From IMG/VR virus record IMGVR_UViG_3300045988_059318, positions 1-28,871 of that record: a stretch of 28,871 nucleotides of DNA, one strand, 5' to 3'. The position numbers and the translations under genes are program-made. The stretch comes from a virus. The notes below the pieces were generated by a model that saw only the letters and a list, made by a program, of their open reading frames with translations, was not told the origin of the DNA and did not search any database. How positions within the stretch are numbered: the stretch's first letter is position 1; the number at the start of each line of letters is the position of its first letter. Positions 6,698 to 15,048 of the stretch are shown piece by piece.

Positions 6698-8458
6698 ATG
6701 CAACAGACACTCACATGCGACGCGAACAATGTCAGCAGTGACGGACATACGTTGACGTTCCTTGCCAACTCCGGTACGCGCATGACCAATGGCTACACGG
6801 TAGACCTTGCAACACTGCAAGCCCCCGTGAATGACGGCCAACTCAAGCTCGTAGCCGACCTAGCCGACTCCGACCGACTGACCTTGCCACTACTGCTCGA
6901 CCACATGCCGAGCATCACGGCACAAGTCGGTATCATCGAAAAACTGTGGTTTGATGATACCGGGTTAATGGCTCAGGCTCGACTAAGTGACAATGAGCAA
7001 GGCCGGAACGTACAACAGTTGGCAAGTGAAGGAATGCTAACCAACTCTTTCAGTATCACAATCGACTTCGATTCTGACCCCGACGAAAACGGTGTAATCC
7101 ATAACGCCGAACTCGTTGAGATTAGCGTGGTCTACCGTGGTGCCGATAGTAAGGCGGTTTTCCGTAGTCTAAACAGTATCGAAGGGAAAATAATGGAACT
7201 CAAGAATAATCTCACCAAGGATGAAGCGCAAACCCTGATTGACCAAATCACGGCCGCTATCAATGGTCTGACCGAAAATGACGACGACAACACCGAGCCG
7301 GAAGAGCCGGTGCAGTCCAATGAGGCAGAAAACAGTAAGGAGGGTGACACCGTGGCTAATGGTCGAACCAATATCATTATTAATAGCGCGGGCGGTGCGC
7401 GTCAGTCTCTCGCCAAGGCCAGTGACCCGCTGAAGGACTGGCTGAAGAGTGAGGATGCTACCAAGGCTTACGAGCAGGCGTTGTGGCGTACCGATAATCA
7501 GGGCGTGCAGGGCTTTAAGACTGCTTGGCGTGAGGAACTGGCACGCCACGCCTATGCTGACAATGCTTCTATTGATGAAGCTAGTGTTGGCAAGCTTGTC
7601 CCGACTTCGGTTATTACGGAAATTGAAGACGCTCTCAACAAGGCTAGCGAACTGTGGCCGCTGTATCGCAAGCTTGACGTTGACAGCTTCACCGTTGGCG
7701 CTCAGCTGGCAGGCCTGACCGATGACACTCGCGCCCACGGCTACAAGGTCGCAGACTATGGCACCAGCAAGAAGACTCAGAAGTTCAATCTGGTTGAGCG
7801 CAAGCTTGCCGCAGACTTCGTGGTCAAGTACGCCGTGCTCAACAAGGGTGACATCCGCCGCACCGATAAGCCGGGCGCACTTGTGAAGTATCTGCTGGCC
7901 GAAATGCCGAACTACATTCTGCACGCTATTGACCGCCAGATTATTCTTGGCGGCTACACCGACCTTGATTTCTTCCGCTCCGTGCAGACCGATGCTAAGG
8001 ACACTTCCAGCGAGTTCGCGGGGAAGAATTTCGTTCTGAGCGCGGCCGAGGGTGCTCGTGCTAATCTCGTGCTTGATGTGGTCGGCCTTGCATCCAAGAT
8101 TACCGCCGCCGGTACCAAGGTGCTCGTGCTTAGCCCCGATACCAAGGTGGATATTATCACCGCGGCTGATGGCATTGGCCGTCCGCTCGTTGGCTACGGG
8201 AATGATAATCTCGCCGCCTATCTTGGCGTGGATAAGGTTATCACGCCGGACTGGTGGACTGATGCGGATGATGCTACGACTCGCGCCGTGATTATCGTTC
8301 CTGAAGCCTATGGCGTGGTTGGTGATACGTCTATCAGCGCTTTCACCAATTTCGCGTTGAAGACTAATGAGCAGGAATACCTGAGTGAAATCTTCGCTGG
8401 TGGCGCTCTGACCAAGGTCAAGAGTGCCGGTGTGCTGACACCGAAGGCTAGCGCCTGA
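6698..8458 (+). CDS. Prohead serine protease (S78/HK97-type) - scaffold-like linker - HK97-fold major capsid protein fusion
   Basis: The N-terminus carries LLLDH...GMLTNSFSI...ELVEISVVYRGADSKA (protease His/Ser pattern). An acidic coiled linker follows. The C-terminal ~400 aa are capsid-like. A strong terminator follows the gene. Confidence 0.8.
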   Translation: MQQTLTCDANNVSSDGHTLTFLANSGTRMTNGYTVDLATLQAPVNDGQLKLVADLADSDRLTLPLLLDHMPSITAQVGIIEKLWFDDTGLMAQARLSDNEQGRNVQQLASEGMLTNSFSITIDFDSDPDENGVIHNAELVEISVVYRGADSKAVFRSLNSIEGKIMELKNNLTKDEAQTLIDQITAAINGLTENDDDNTEPEEPVQSNEAENSKEGDTVANGRTNIIINSAGGARQSLAKASDPLKDWLKSEDATKAYEQALWRTDNQGVQGFKTAWREELARHAYADNASIDEASVGKLVPTSVITEIEDALNKASELWPLYRKLDVDSFTVGAQLAGLTDDTRAHGYKVADYGTSKKTQKFNLVERKLAADFVVKYAVLNKGDIRRTDKPGALVKYLLAEMPNYILHAIDRQIILGGYTDLDFFRSVQTDAKDTSSEFAGKNFVLSAAEGARANLVLDVVGLASKITAAGTKVLVLSPDTKVDIITAADGIGRPLVGYGNDNLAAYLGVDKVITPDWWTDADDATTRAVIIVPEAYGVVGDTSISAFTNFALKTNEQEYLSEIFAGGALTKVKSAGVLTPKASA

Positions 8459-8471
8459 CGATAAGTGACGG

Positions 8472-8505
8472 GGGTAGGGTCGTAACCCTACCCATCTCGT
8501 TTTTA
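8472..8505 (+). terminator. Rho-independent terminator after the capsid gene
   Basis: GGGTAGGGT-cgta-ACCCTACCC is followed by ATCTCGTTTTT. Confidence 0.75.
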
Positions 8506-8515
8506 AGGATTAGAT

Positions 8516-8731
8516 ATGACTAATATTTACGCACATCTCGCTGACGGTGACGCTCCGAAAACTCAACATATCACCGAAGTAAGTTTCGTAGATGAAACCG
8601 GTAAACACATTGATATTGGTGCGGTAGCGTTAACAAATCTCCGCAAGCTTACCAAGTTGCAGAGTGACGCGGGACTGGCGAACGTTATCACCACCGTTAA
8701 CAAGATTCTTGATGCAGTCAAGGCCAATTGA
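8516..8731 (+). CDS. Hypothetical small protein (71 aa), possibly a head accessory protein
   Basis: AAGGA lies upstream of the ATG. The gene sits between the capsid and connector genes and is flanked by two terminators. Confidence 0.5.
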   Translation: MTNIYAHLADGDAPKTQHITEVSFVDETGKHIDIGAVALTNLRKLTKLQSDAGLANVITTVNKILDAVKAN

Positions 8732-8746
8732 ACAGGTAAAATAGTA

Positions 8747-8777
8747 GGGGTATCCCAATATGTGGGATACCCCTTTT
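8747..8777 (+). terminator. Rho-independent terminator
   Basis: GGGGTATCCCA-atatg-TGGGATACCCC is followed by TTTT. Confidence 0.7.
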
Positions 8778-8795
8778 CGCATATTTGGAGGAAAA

Positions 8796-9437
8796 ATGTC
8801 TTTTATCCCGATTGAGAATATTGGCGGTGAGAACGCTCGTAAATGGTTGCCAACCATACTGCCCGCATTGCAGAAACTTTTATGTGGCGCAATGGTGTCT
8901 CAAGCTACCGGAGCCAACACAGCCATCGTGAGTGAAGATGGACAAACAATTGTTCTAACCGCATGGTATAGCAGTATCACCAAAGTGACGGTTAACGATA
9001 ATCCAGCCGCATTCACATTCAACCCGACTGTGGGCGACATGGATTACACTACCGGCCAAGTCGAACAAATGTACGGCAACACGCTCACCCTCGAAACCAA
9101 GGCAGAGCCGGGCACTGTAGTAACCGTCGCAGGAACATACGGTTTCGACACCCTCCCGGCTAGTCTGCAATCTGTGTTGTCAGGTATGGCCAGTGCAATG
9201 CAACGACATGCGGACGAAACGGATATAATCACCAGCAAGAGCATCGAAGACGTTAGCGTGTCCTACCAGCGAAACACAGCCACGGACACGCTCACTCAAG
9301 CAATCCAACCATATCTAAGCGTCATTAACATGTGGAGTCTCTGCGAGAAGCCGTTAGGCGTCGGAGGTATCGCAACACCCAACACACTGCCAGTAGTACC
9401 GTATTGGATTGGGGACGGTGATGGTCTTGGATTGTAA
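8796..9437 (+). CDS. Putative head-tail connector/adaptor
   Basis: GGAGG lies 5 nt upstream of ATG 8796. The track start at 8760 lies inside the terminator stem, so it was rejected. Function is assigned by position only. Confidence 0.5.
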   Translation: MSFIPIENIGGENARKWLPTILPALQKLLCGAMVSQATGANTAIVSEDGQTIVLTAWYSSITKVTVNDNPAAFTFNPTVGDMDYTTGQVEQMYGNTLTLETKAEPGTVVTVAGTYGFDTLPASLQSVLSGMASAMQRHADETDIITSKSIEDVSVSYQRNTATDTLTQAIQPYLSVINMWSLCEKPLGVGGIATPNTLPVVPYWIGDGDGLGL

Positions 9438-9786
9438 TCCATTCAAACTTTTTCCCGATCAAGTGGAAACCGTCGAACTGTGGAAGTATGCGAGCAGTGA
9501 ACGAAACAACAAGAAACTAGCCGACGTACACGCGATAATCAAACGTTCAACCAACTCCGACGCGTTCGGAGACTATGGCGTGCGTATCGCCACCCGCCGA
9601 TTCCATTTGCAAGCCGAAGACATACCAGCAGACCTACGCGACCCCGACATGCTATTTGACCTGATAGTCAAAACCAAAAACCGAGCGTTCAAAATCACTC
9701 AAGCAAGCCAAGGTGACGACATGACCACCGGGGAAACACGTTTCATCACAGTCTACGCTCAACCATACGGAAGGAGCACACTATGA
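9421..9786 (+). CDS. Putative head closure / head-tail joining protein
   Basis: Gene order, plus ATG 9421 preceded by GGGGACGG. TTG 9409 is an alternative start. Confidence 0.45.
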   Translation: MVLDCNPFKLFPDQVETVELWKYASSERNNKKLADVHAIIKRSTNSDAFGDYGVRIATRRFHLQAEDIPADLRDPDMLFDLIVKTKNRAFKITQASQGDDMTTGETRFITVYAQPYGRSTL

Positions 9787-10127
9787 GCCTACAAGTCACA
9801 CTCAATAAAGGCGTGTATGAGCAAGGCCGTCAAGCCATGCGCAATGGTCTAGCCCACATGCTCACCGATATCCACAAGGATGCAGTAACCAACGCCCCAA
9901 TCGGCAAAGCACCCGAAGACAAACACCCCGGACTATTGAAAGCTTCAGGACGTTTCAAACTCCAAGGCATGAAAGGCTATGTCACCTTCGGTGGCGGCAG
10001 AGTCCCATACGCCAAACGACGAGAATACGAAAACCATCGACACCCCGGCACAAGACTCTACCTACATCGTGCAGGAGCCAAAGCCCAAGCACACGCGGAC
10101 AACTATTTCCAAAGGATACTCAAATGA
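9783..10127 (+). CDS. HK97 gp10-like tail/neck component
   Basis: Size, position and the pattern ...GLLKASGRF...VTFGGGRVPYAKRREYEN resemble the HK97 gp10 family. Confidence 0.5.
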   Translation: MSLQVTLNKGVYEQGRQAMRNGLAHMLTDIHKDAVTNAPIGKAPEDKHPGLLKASGRFKLQGMKGYVTFGGGRVPYAKRREYENHRHPGTRLYLHRAGAKAQAHADNYFQRILK

Positions 10128-10564
10128 TTGAACTGGCAGTAGCATTAGATCTAGCAGAACACGGCTTCGGTACTTATGGGGAAACCATCTTCGTAAACGA
10201 AAGCCCCATATTAGACACGGGCGCAGTCAGCAGTAAGGATGGCATATGGATAACCTCCACCACAGTGAGCAACGGCAACGGGCATTACACTGACCAACTC
10301 ACCATAAGCACACGCTTCTACGATGTAATCCGACAAGGCGAATACCTCCTAAAACTCATGGAATACATCAACACACAGTTGGTAGACCAATGCACGCTAA
10401 GCTGTCAACCCGAAAGCCCAATAGTCTATGACAAACTCACCATAAGCCCCGCAAGCAGTATAGACTTAGACGCGGTAGACAGTGAAGGCCATTATGTGAG
10501 AAGCATCCACTTCACCATCACCTACCCACTCCCAGATTTAAACGGGGTAAAAGTGATAAACTAG
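10124..10564 (+). CDS. Putative tail terminator / tail completion protein
   Basis: Lies immediately upstream of the major tail protein and is coupled to the preceding gene by an ATGA overlap. Confidence 0.45.
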   Translation: MIELAVALDLAEHGFGTYGETIFVNESPILDTGAVSSKDGIWITSTTVSNGNGHYTDQLTISTRFYDVIRQGEYLLKLMEYINTQLVDQCTLSCQPESPIVYDKLTISPASSIDLDAVDSEGHYVRSIHFTITYPLPDLNGVKVIN

Positions 10565-10611
10565 GAACTAAGCAGAAAACGATAATCATTCTCAATAAGG
10601 AGTAACACAAT

Positions 10612-11190
10612 ATGGCAACCACAGACTACAGTCTCATCGGCAAGAAAACCGTATACATCGGGCAGGAGGAATTCGCCCCCGAGTTGGTCGGCTCAGACGG
10701 TATCACCATCACCCTCACCCCAAACACCGTCGACGTGGAATCACAGGCCGGAACCATTAGTGTTCCTACCGGCACCTATAGCGAGATTAGCGCCACTATT
10801 CCCCTCATCATTCCGAACATGACCGTGCTTGGCCGCATCTTCCCAAGTCTTGCCACCAAGGGCACGGCAGGCACCAAGGTCACTTTCGGCGCGGGCGAAT
10901 GCACGGCCATCACTTCCAGCCCAATCGTTATTCACAACACGTGCGACGCGGACAGCACGAACGACGTGTATATCCCCGCCGCCCTGATTCAGAACGGCGG
11001 CGAGTTCGCCATCGGCTCCACGAGTGACCCGGTAACTATCGAACTGAACGTGACCATGCTCCCGGACGAAAAGGGCTACGTTAACTTCGGATGCTCCGAC
11101 CCCACCAAGCGCACCAAGTATGACCCGTCCACCATGAGCTACAAGGAAGTCACCGACTCCCAGACCACAAACTGGACTAGCGGCGAGTAA
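10612..11190 (+). CDS. Major tail protein
   Basis: A strong AAGGAG RBS precedes it. It is 192 aa, Thr/Gly/Ser-rich, and sits before the chaperone pair and the tape measure. Confidence 0.65.
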   Translation: MATTDYSLIGKKTVYIGQEEFAPELVGSDGITITLTPNTVDVESQAGTISVPTGTYSEISATIPLIIPNMTVLGRIFPSLATKGTAGTKVTFGAGECTAITSSPIVIHNTCDADSTNDVYIPAALIQNGGEFAIGSTSDPVTIELNVTMLPDEKGYVNFGCSDPTKRTKYDPSTMSYKEVTDSQTTNWTSGE

Positions 11191-11198
11191 GGACAAAC

Positions 11199-11567
11199 AT
11201 GATGAGTGAAGAAGCTCCCGGAACCGTTGTCATTGACACGCGCGAACAAACCGAAGCGCACACGTTGAAACTGATTACCAGCGAACACCCCGAAGGCGTT
11301 GTATTCACCGTTAATCCGATGGGCGCGGGCACCTACCTTAAGTTCGCGGATAAGGTCAAGGCGCTGCAAGCATTGCAGCAGCAGGATACCAGCGGCAAGC
11401 AACTGCTGCGCATCCAATCCGACTTGTGCAAGCTGCTCATCCCCCTCGTAACCCCTAACGAGGAGTTCTCAACGTGGATTAGCGACGCAGAACGTAAGTA
11501 TCCTCTCGCCTTCCAAGCGGTGATGCAGCAGATTATGCGCTTCGTTTTCGGCAGAGCCTACTTCTAA
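11199..11567 (+). CDS. Tail assembly chaperone (gpG-like)
   Basis: Position between the major tail protein and the tape measure. The product is acidic. Confidence 0.55.
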   Translation: MMSEEAPGTVVIDTREQTEAHTLKLITSEHPEGVVFTVNPMGAGTYLKFADKVKALQALQQQDTSGKQLLRIQSDLCKLLIPLVTPNEEFSTWISDAERKYPLAFQAVMQQIMRFVFGRAYF

Positions 11568-11584
11568 AAACAGGGGTTTAGTCG

Positions 11585-11929
11585 ATGGCGGTGCATAAGG
11601 TCATTGACGATTTCACGCCGGAGCAACTGGCAAAACTCAAGGCAATCAAGGCTAAGAGTGGGGCTGGGGCTTCGGCGTTTTATCGTGATAACGAGATGCT
11701 ACTGGCTGAGTTCGGCAAATACTACGGGTGGCAGGCCGTATGTGACGTACTGGCCGACAGAGTGACATACGAGACGTTCATAGCCCTACTCAACGCCGGT
11801 CGCGCCATGCGGCTCCGTGAGCGTATCGAGTCCACGCAGGACATGGCCGCCGCAATCGGGGCAACGTTCAGCAAAAAACCGGAACAGTCATTGCGTAAAT
11901 ATCTGAAGGAATTGGAGAAGGGAATTTAA
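11585..11929 (+). CDS. Second tail assembly chaperone-like protein (separate ORF)
   Basis: Lies directly upstream of the tape measure. It is in the -1 frame relative to 11199-11567, but a TAG at 11579-11581 blocks read-through. Confidence 0.5.
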   Translation: MAVHKVIDDFTPEQLAKLKAIKAKSGAGASAFYRDNEMLLAEFGKYYGWQAVCDVLADRVTYETFIALLNAGRAMRLRERIESTQDMAAAIGATFSKKPEQSLRKYLKELEKGI

Positions 11930-14329
11930 ATGGCTCAAGCAGGCGAGATTAGATTCGACGCGATTATAGACACATCTGACTACGACAGTGGTGTTAAGGA
12001 CATCCAAAACGCCACGCGCAAAATCGAGGACAGCGCCGAACAGGCCGACAAGGCAATAGGCGATGTTGGCAAGAACGCGGGTAGTGGTGCGCCTAAAATC
12101 AAGGACGCATTCTCAAAAACGTTCGACGGTATCGGTGAACTGGCGGACGGTTTGGGTGTGAGCCTGCCGGGCAAGCTGGTCAAAATCGCATCCATCGGCG
12201 GCGCATTGGCTGCTGTCGGCGGCGTGTTTAAAACCGGTATCGATACGGCGATTAGCCAGATTGATGTGCAAGGCACTTTGGACGCCCAGTTAGGTAAGGG
12301 TAGTGTGGCCGCTCAAAACGCTGGTAAGGTAGCTGGAGAACTGTACCGGCAAGGTTGGGGTGAGAGTTTGGAAGACGTGGCTAACGTCGCGTCTAACGTC
12401 AGTTCTGTGATTCGTGGCATTGGTGAGGGTGATTTAAACACTGTCACCAAGGCAACGGAAGTGTGGGCGCAAACCTTTGACGCGGACGCGGGCGAGAGCG
12501 TGCGTGGCGTAAAAGTCCTTATGGAAAAATTCGGTTTGAGCGCGCAGGATGCCACCGACCTTATGACCAAAGGTATGCAAAACGGCTTGAACTATACCGA
12601 CGAACTGGGCGACAACCTGTCCGAGTATTCTGGCCGTTGGGCTGAAGCAGGAACCAGCGCACAAGAGTACTTCAGCTTATTGCAGGCCGGTGTGGACTCG
12701 GGAGCCTACCAATTGGACAAGGTGGGAGACTTCCTTAACGAGTTCCTTACCTCTCTGACGGACGGTCGTATTGAGCAGAGTATTGGAGAGTTTTCAAAGG
12801 GCACTCAGGACGTTTTCAACAGCTTCAAGGACGGTAAGGCCACTGCGGAAGACGTGTTAAATGCGGTCATTGGTGAGTTGGGCACCATGACCGATAAAAC
12901 CAAGGAAGCCAGTCTAGCGTCAACGCTTTGGTCTAGTCTTGGCGAGGATAACGCGCTTGGCATGATCGAAGCTCTCGGAAACGTGCCGAACAGTTATGAG
13001 AATATCAAGGGTGCTACAGACGAAGCCGCAGAAAGCACCATGAGCATCGGCCAACAGTGGGAAGCGTTCAAACGCACTATGGCCGGTACACTGGGTGACG
13101 CGTTCACACCATTCGTTAAGGGTTTCTTGGACGGTTTGACCGACATGACGGGGAAGTTTACCGACTTCGTGAACAATACCGATTGGAGTGGGCTAGCCAA
13201 TATTTTGGGGAGTCTTGGCACTTCCATTGGTGGCGTGTTCACCGTGATTGGTAATTCGATTCAACCCGCATTAGATTTGCTTAAAATGTTCTCCGACTGG
13301 TTTAGTGCGAATAGTACGTGGATTGTTTCAACACTTGTTGGTATTGGTGCCGGTTTTGCTGTGTTCAAGACCGCGCAAATCATTAGTAGCGTGGTTGGTT
13401 TTCTTAAGTCGTTTAGTCTTGCGGAGACTGCCGCTACGGTAGCGCAATGGCTGTTTAACGCGGCTATGGCGGCTAATCCGCTGGTGTTGGTTATCACGCT
13501 ATTAGCGGCGCTTGTAGCTGGTTTGGTTTACTTTTTCACGCAGACTGACGCGGGTAAACAAGCATGGCAGGACTTCTGTCAGACCATGCAAGACTTGTGG
13601 CAAAACCTTTGCGACTTCTTCCAAAACATTTGGGATAGTATCACTAAGTTTTTCACCGACGCCGGAACGAATATTACGAACGCGTGGAATGCCGTCACTG
13701 ATTGGTTTAGTGGTATCCCCGGCAGAATCAAGGGTTTCTTCAACGATATTGGCGCATGGTTCGGGAGTAAGTTCCAAGAAGCCAAGGACGCTATTGTGAA
13801 CAGGTTCAATGAGGCAGTGGGCTTCGTCAAGGGTATCCCCGGCAGGATCAGGGATTGTTTCAATGGTGCGGTGAACTGGCTTAATGATGCTGGCGGTAAT
13901 ATCGTTCGAGGCTTATGGAATGGTATCAGTGATATGTTTAACTGGGTGCGTAATAATATTCTCGGCTTCGGTAAGAATATCGTCAAGTGGGCTAAACAGG
14001 CGTTGGGTATCCACTCTCCGTCGCGAGTCATGGCCGAAGAGGTCGGAAAGTATATTCCTTCCGGTATCGAAATGGGTATCAAGGCTAACACTAGTGGTTT
14101 GATGGACTCGTTGGACACGTTGAGCTTGGATATGGTGGACGCTGTTAAGGTGCCGACTACTACTACTGGCTCACTGCCGGTGTTTGATGCTTCTTCGAGT
14201 GGTGTCACGTCCGCATTGCCGTCCACTAATATTGTGATTGAGAAAATGCAGGTGCGTTCTGATAATGATATTCGCCTTATCGCGCAGGAATTGAACCGTT
14301 TGCAACGTCGTGATTTGAAGAGGGTGTGA
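11930..14329 (+). CDS. Tape measure protein
   Basis: The product is 799 aa and Ala/Gly-rich with helical character. It has central hydrophobic segments (WIVSTLVGIGAGFAVF, LVLVITLLAALVAGLVYFF), and its position is canonical. Confidence 0.9.
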   Translation: MAQAGEIRFDAIIDTSDYDSGVKDIQNATRKIEDSAEQADKAIGDVGKNAGSGAPKIKDAFSKTFDGIGELADGLGVSLPGKLVKIASIGGALAAVGGVFKTGIDTAISQIDVQGTLDAQLGKGSVAAQNAGKVAGELYRQGWGESLEDVANVASNVSSVIRGIGEGDLNTVTKATEVWAQTFDADAGESVRGVKVLMEKFGLSAQDATDLMTKGMQNGLNYTDELGDNLSEYSGRWAEAGTSAQEYFSLLQAGVDSGAYQLDKVGDFLNEFLTSLTDGRIEQSIGEFSKGTQDVFNSFKDGKATAEDVLNAVIGELGTMTDKTKEASLASTLWSSLGEDNALGMIEALGNVPNSYENIKGATDEAAESTMSIGQQWEAFKRTMAGTLGDAFTPFVKGFLDGLTDMTGKFTDFVNNTDWSGLANILGSLGTSIGGVFTVIGNSIQPALDLLKMFSDWFSANSTWIVSTLVGIGAGFAVFKTAQIISSVVGFLKSFSLAETAATVAQWLFNAAMAANPLVLVITLLAALVAGLVYFFTQTDAGKQAWQDFCQTMQDLWQNLCDFFQNIWDSITKFFTDAGTNITNAWNAVTDWFSGIPGRIKGFFNDIGAWFGSKFQEAKDAIVNRFNEAVGFVKGIPGRIRDCFNGAVNWLNDAGGNIVRGLWNGISDMFNWVRNNILGFGKNIVKWAKQALGIHSPSRVMAEEVGKYIPSGIEMGIKANTSGLMDSLDTLSLDMVDAVKVPTTTTGSLPVFDASSSGVTSALPSTNIVIEKMQVRSDNDIRLIAQELNRLQRRDLKRV

Positions 14330-15048
14330 AATTGAGAATCATTTTCAATAACACTGATTTGGCTACCGTCCTACCTGACACCGTGCTCTATATCGGTAAC
14401 GTTACTGGCCGTGAGTTCGTCAGCCCGGACGTGACCACGGTAGCGTACAAGGGCGCGCACGGTAGCCGATTCGTAGGCAATCGTTATCCCGCGCGTGATA
14501 TTCAAGTGGAAGTAACCGTTATCGGCTACTGCTTTCAGATGATGCCATCTTACGCGTCTAAGCTTATGAGCGTGCTTGCTACCGACGTGACCGCTAGTCT
14601 GTCTTTCAGTGACCAAGAGGGCACGTATCAGGCTATCGTAAGCGCGATTGACTTGGAAGAGCATGAGACTTACGCGAATGGCACTATCACGTTCACATGT
14701 CCTGACCCGTTCCGTCATGGTGGCATGTATGATATTGATTTCGACACGCTCCCGACTGACACGTTGCACACCAATTACAATGTGGAACCGGTTTTTAATC
14801 TGGTCGTAAACAAGTCCGCCAACAATTTCAGCATTAATGTTAACGGCGACGTGCTCACCTTGGATATGCAAGTCGCTCAAGGTGACGTGATAGTGATCAA
14901 CAGCGAGACACACACTGTCACCGTCAATAACAAGCTCACAGTATTGGAAACGTCCGGCACGTTCCCGAAATTGAAGCAGACTGGGAACGCGATTAGTTTC
15001 TCCCCTGAATGCGTCGGCAATGGTTCGTATACTGCGAGGTGGCTATGA
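14326..15048 (+). CDS. Distal tail protein (Dit)
   Basis: Follows the tape measure with a GTGA overlap. It is 240 aa, the typical size for a siphovirus Dit. Confidence 0.6.
   Translation: MKLRIIFNNTDLATVLPDTVLYIGNVTGREFVSPDVTTVAYKGAHGSRFVGNRYPARDIQVEVTVIGYCFQMMPSYASKLMSVLATDVTASLSFSDQEGTYQAIVSAIDLEEHETYANGTITFTCPDPFRHGGMYDIDFDTLPTDTLHTNYNVEPVFNLVVNKSANNFSINVNGDVLTLDMQVAQGDVIVINSETHTVTVNNKLTVLETSGTFPKLKQTGNAISFSPECVGNGSYTARWL

Noticed and set aside
8760-8795. The track start at 8760 for the connector gene. Comparable cases are TTG 67 and ATG 137 for the first two genes, 1657 for the terS-like gene, 15009 for Tal, 22201 for S2 and 25163 for ERF.
   Set aside because: These upstream starts lie inside a terminator stem, inside conserved non-coding leaders, or lack an RBS. 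The downstream starts chosen have GGAGG- or GAAAGGA-type sites or coupled overlaps.
11540-11590. A programmed -1 frameshift joining the two tail chaperone ORFs (gpG/gpGT-like).
   Set aside because: The second ORF is in the -1 frame, but a TAG at 11579-11581 closes that frame between the gpG-like stop (11565-11567) and ATG 11585. I saw no slippery heptamer upstream of the stop.
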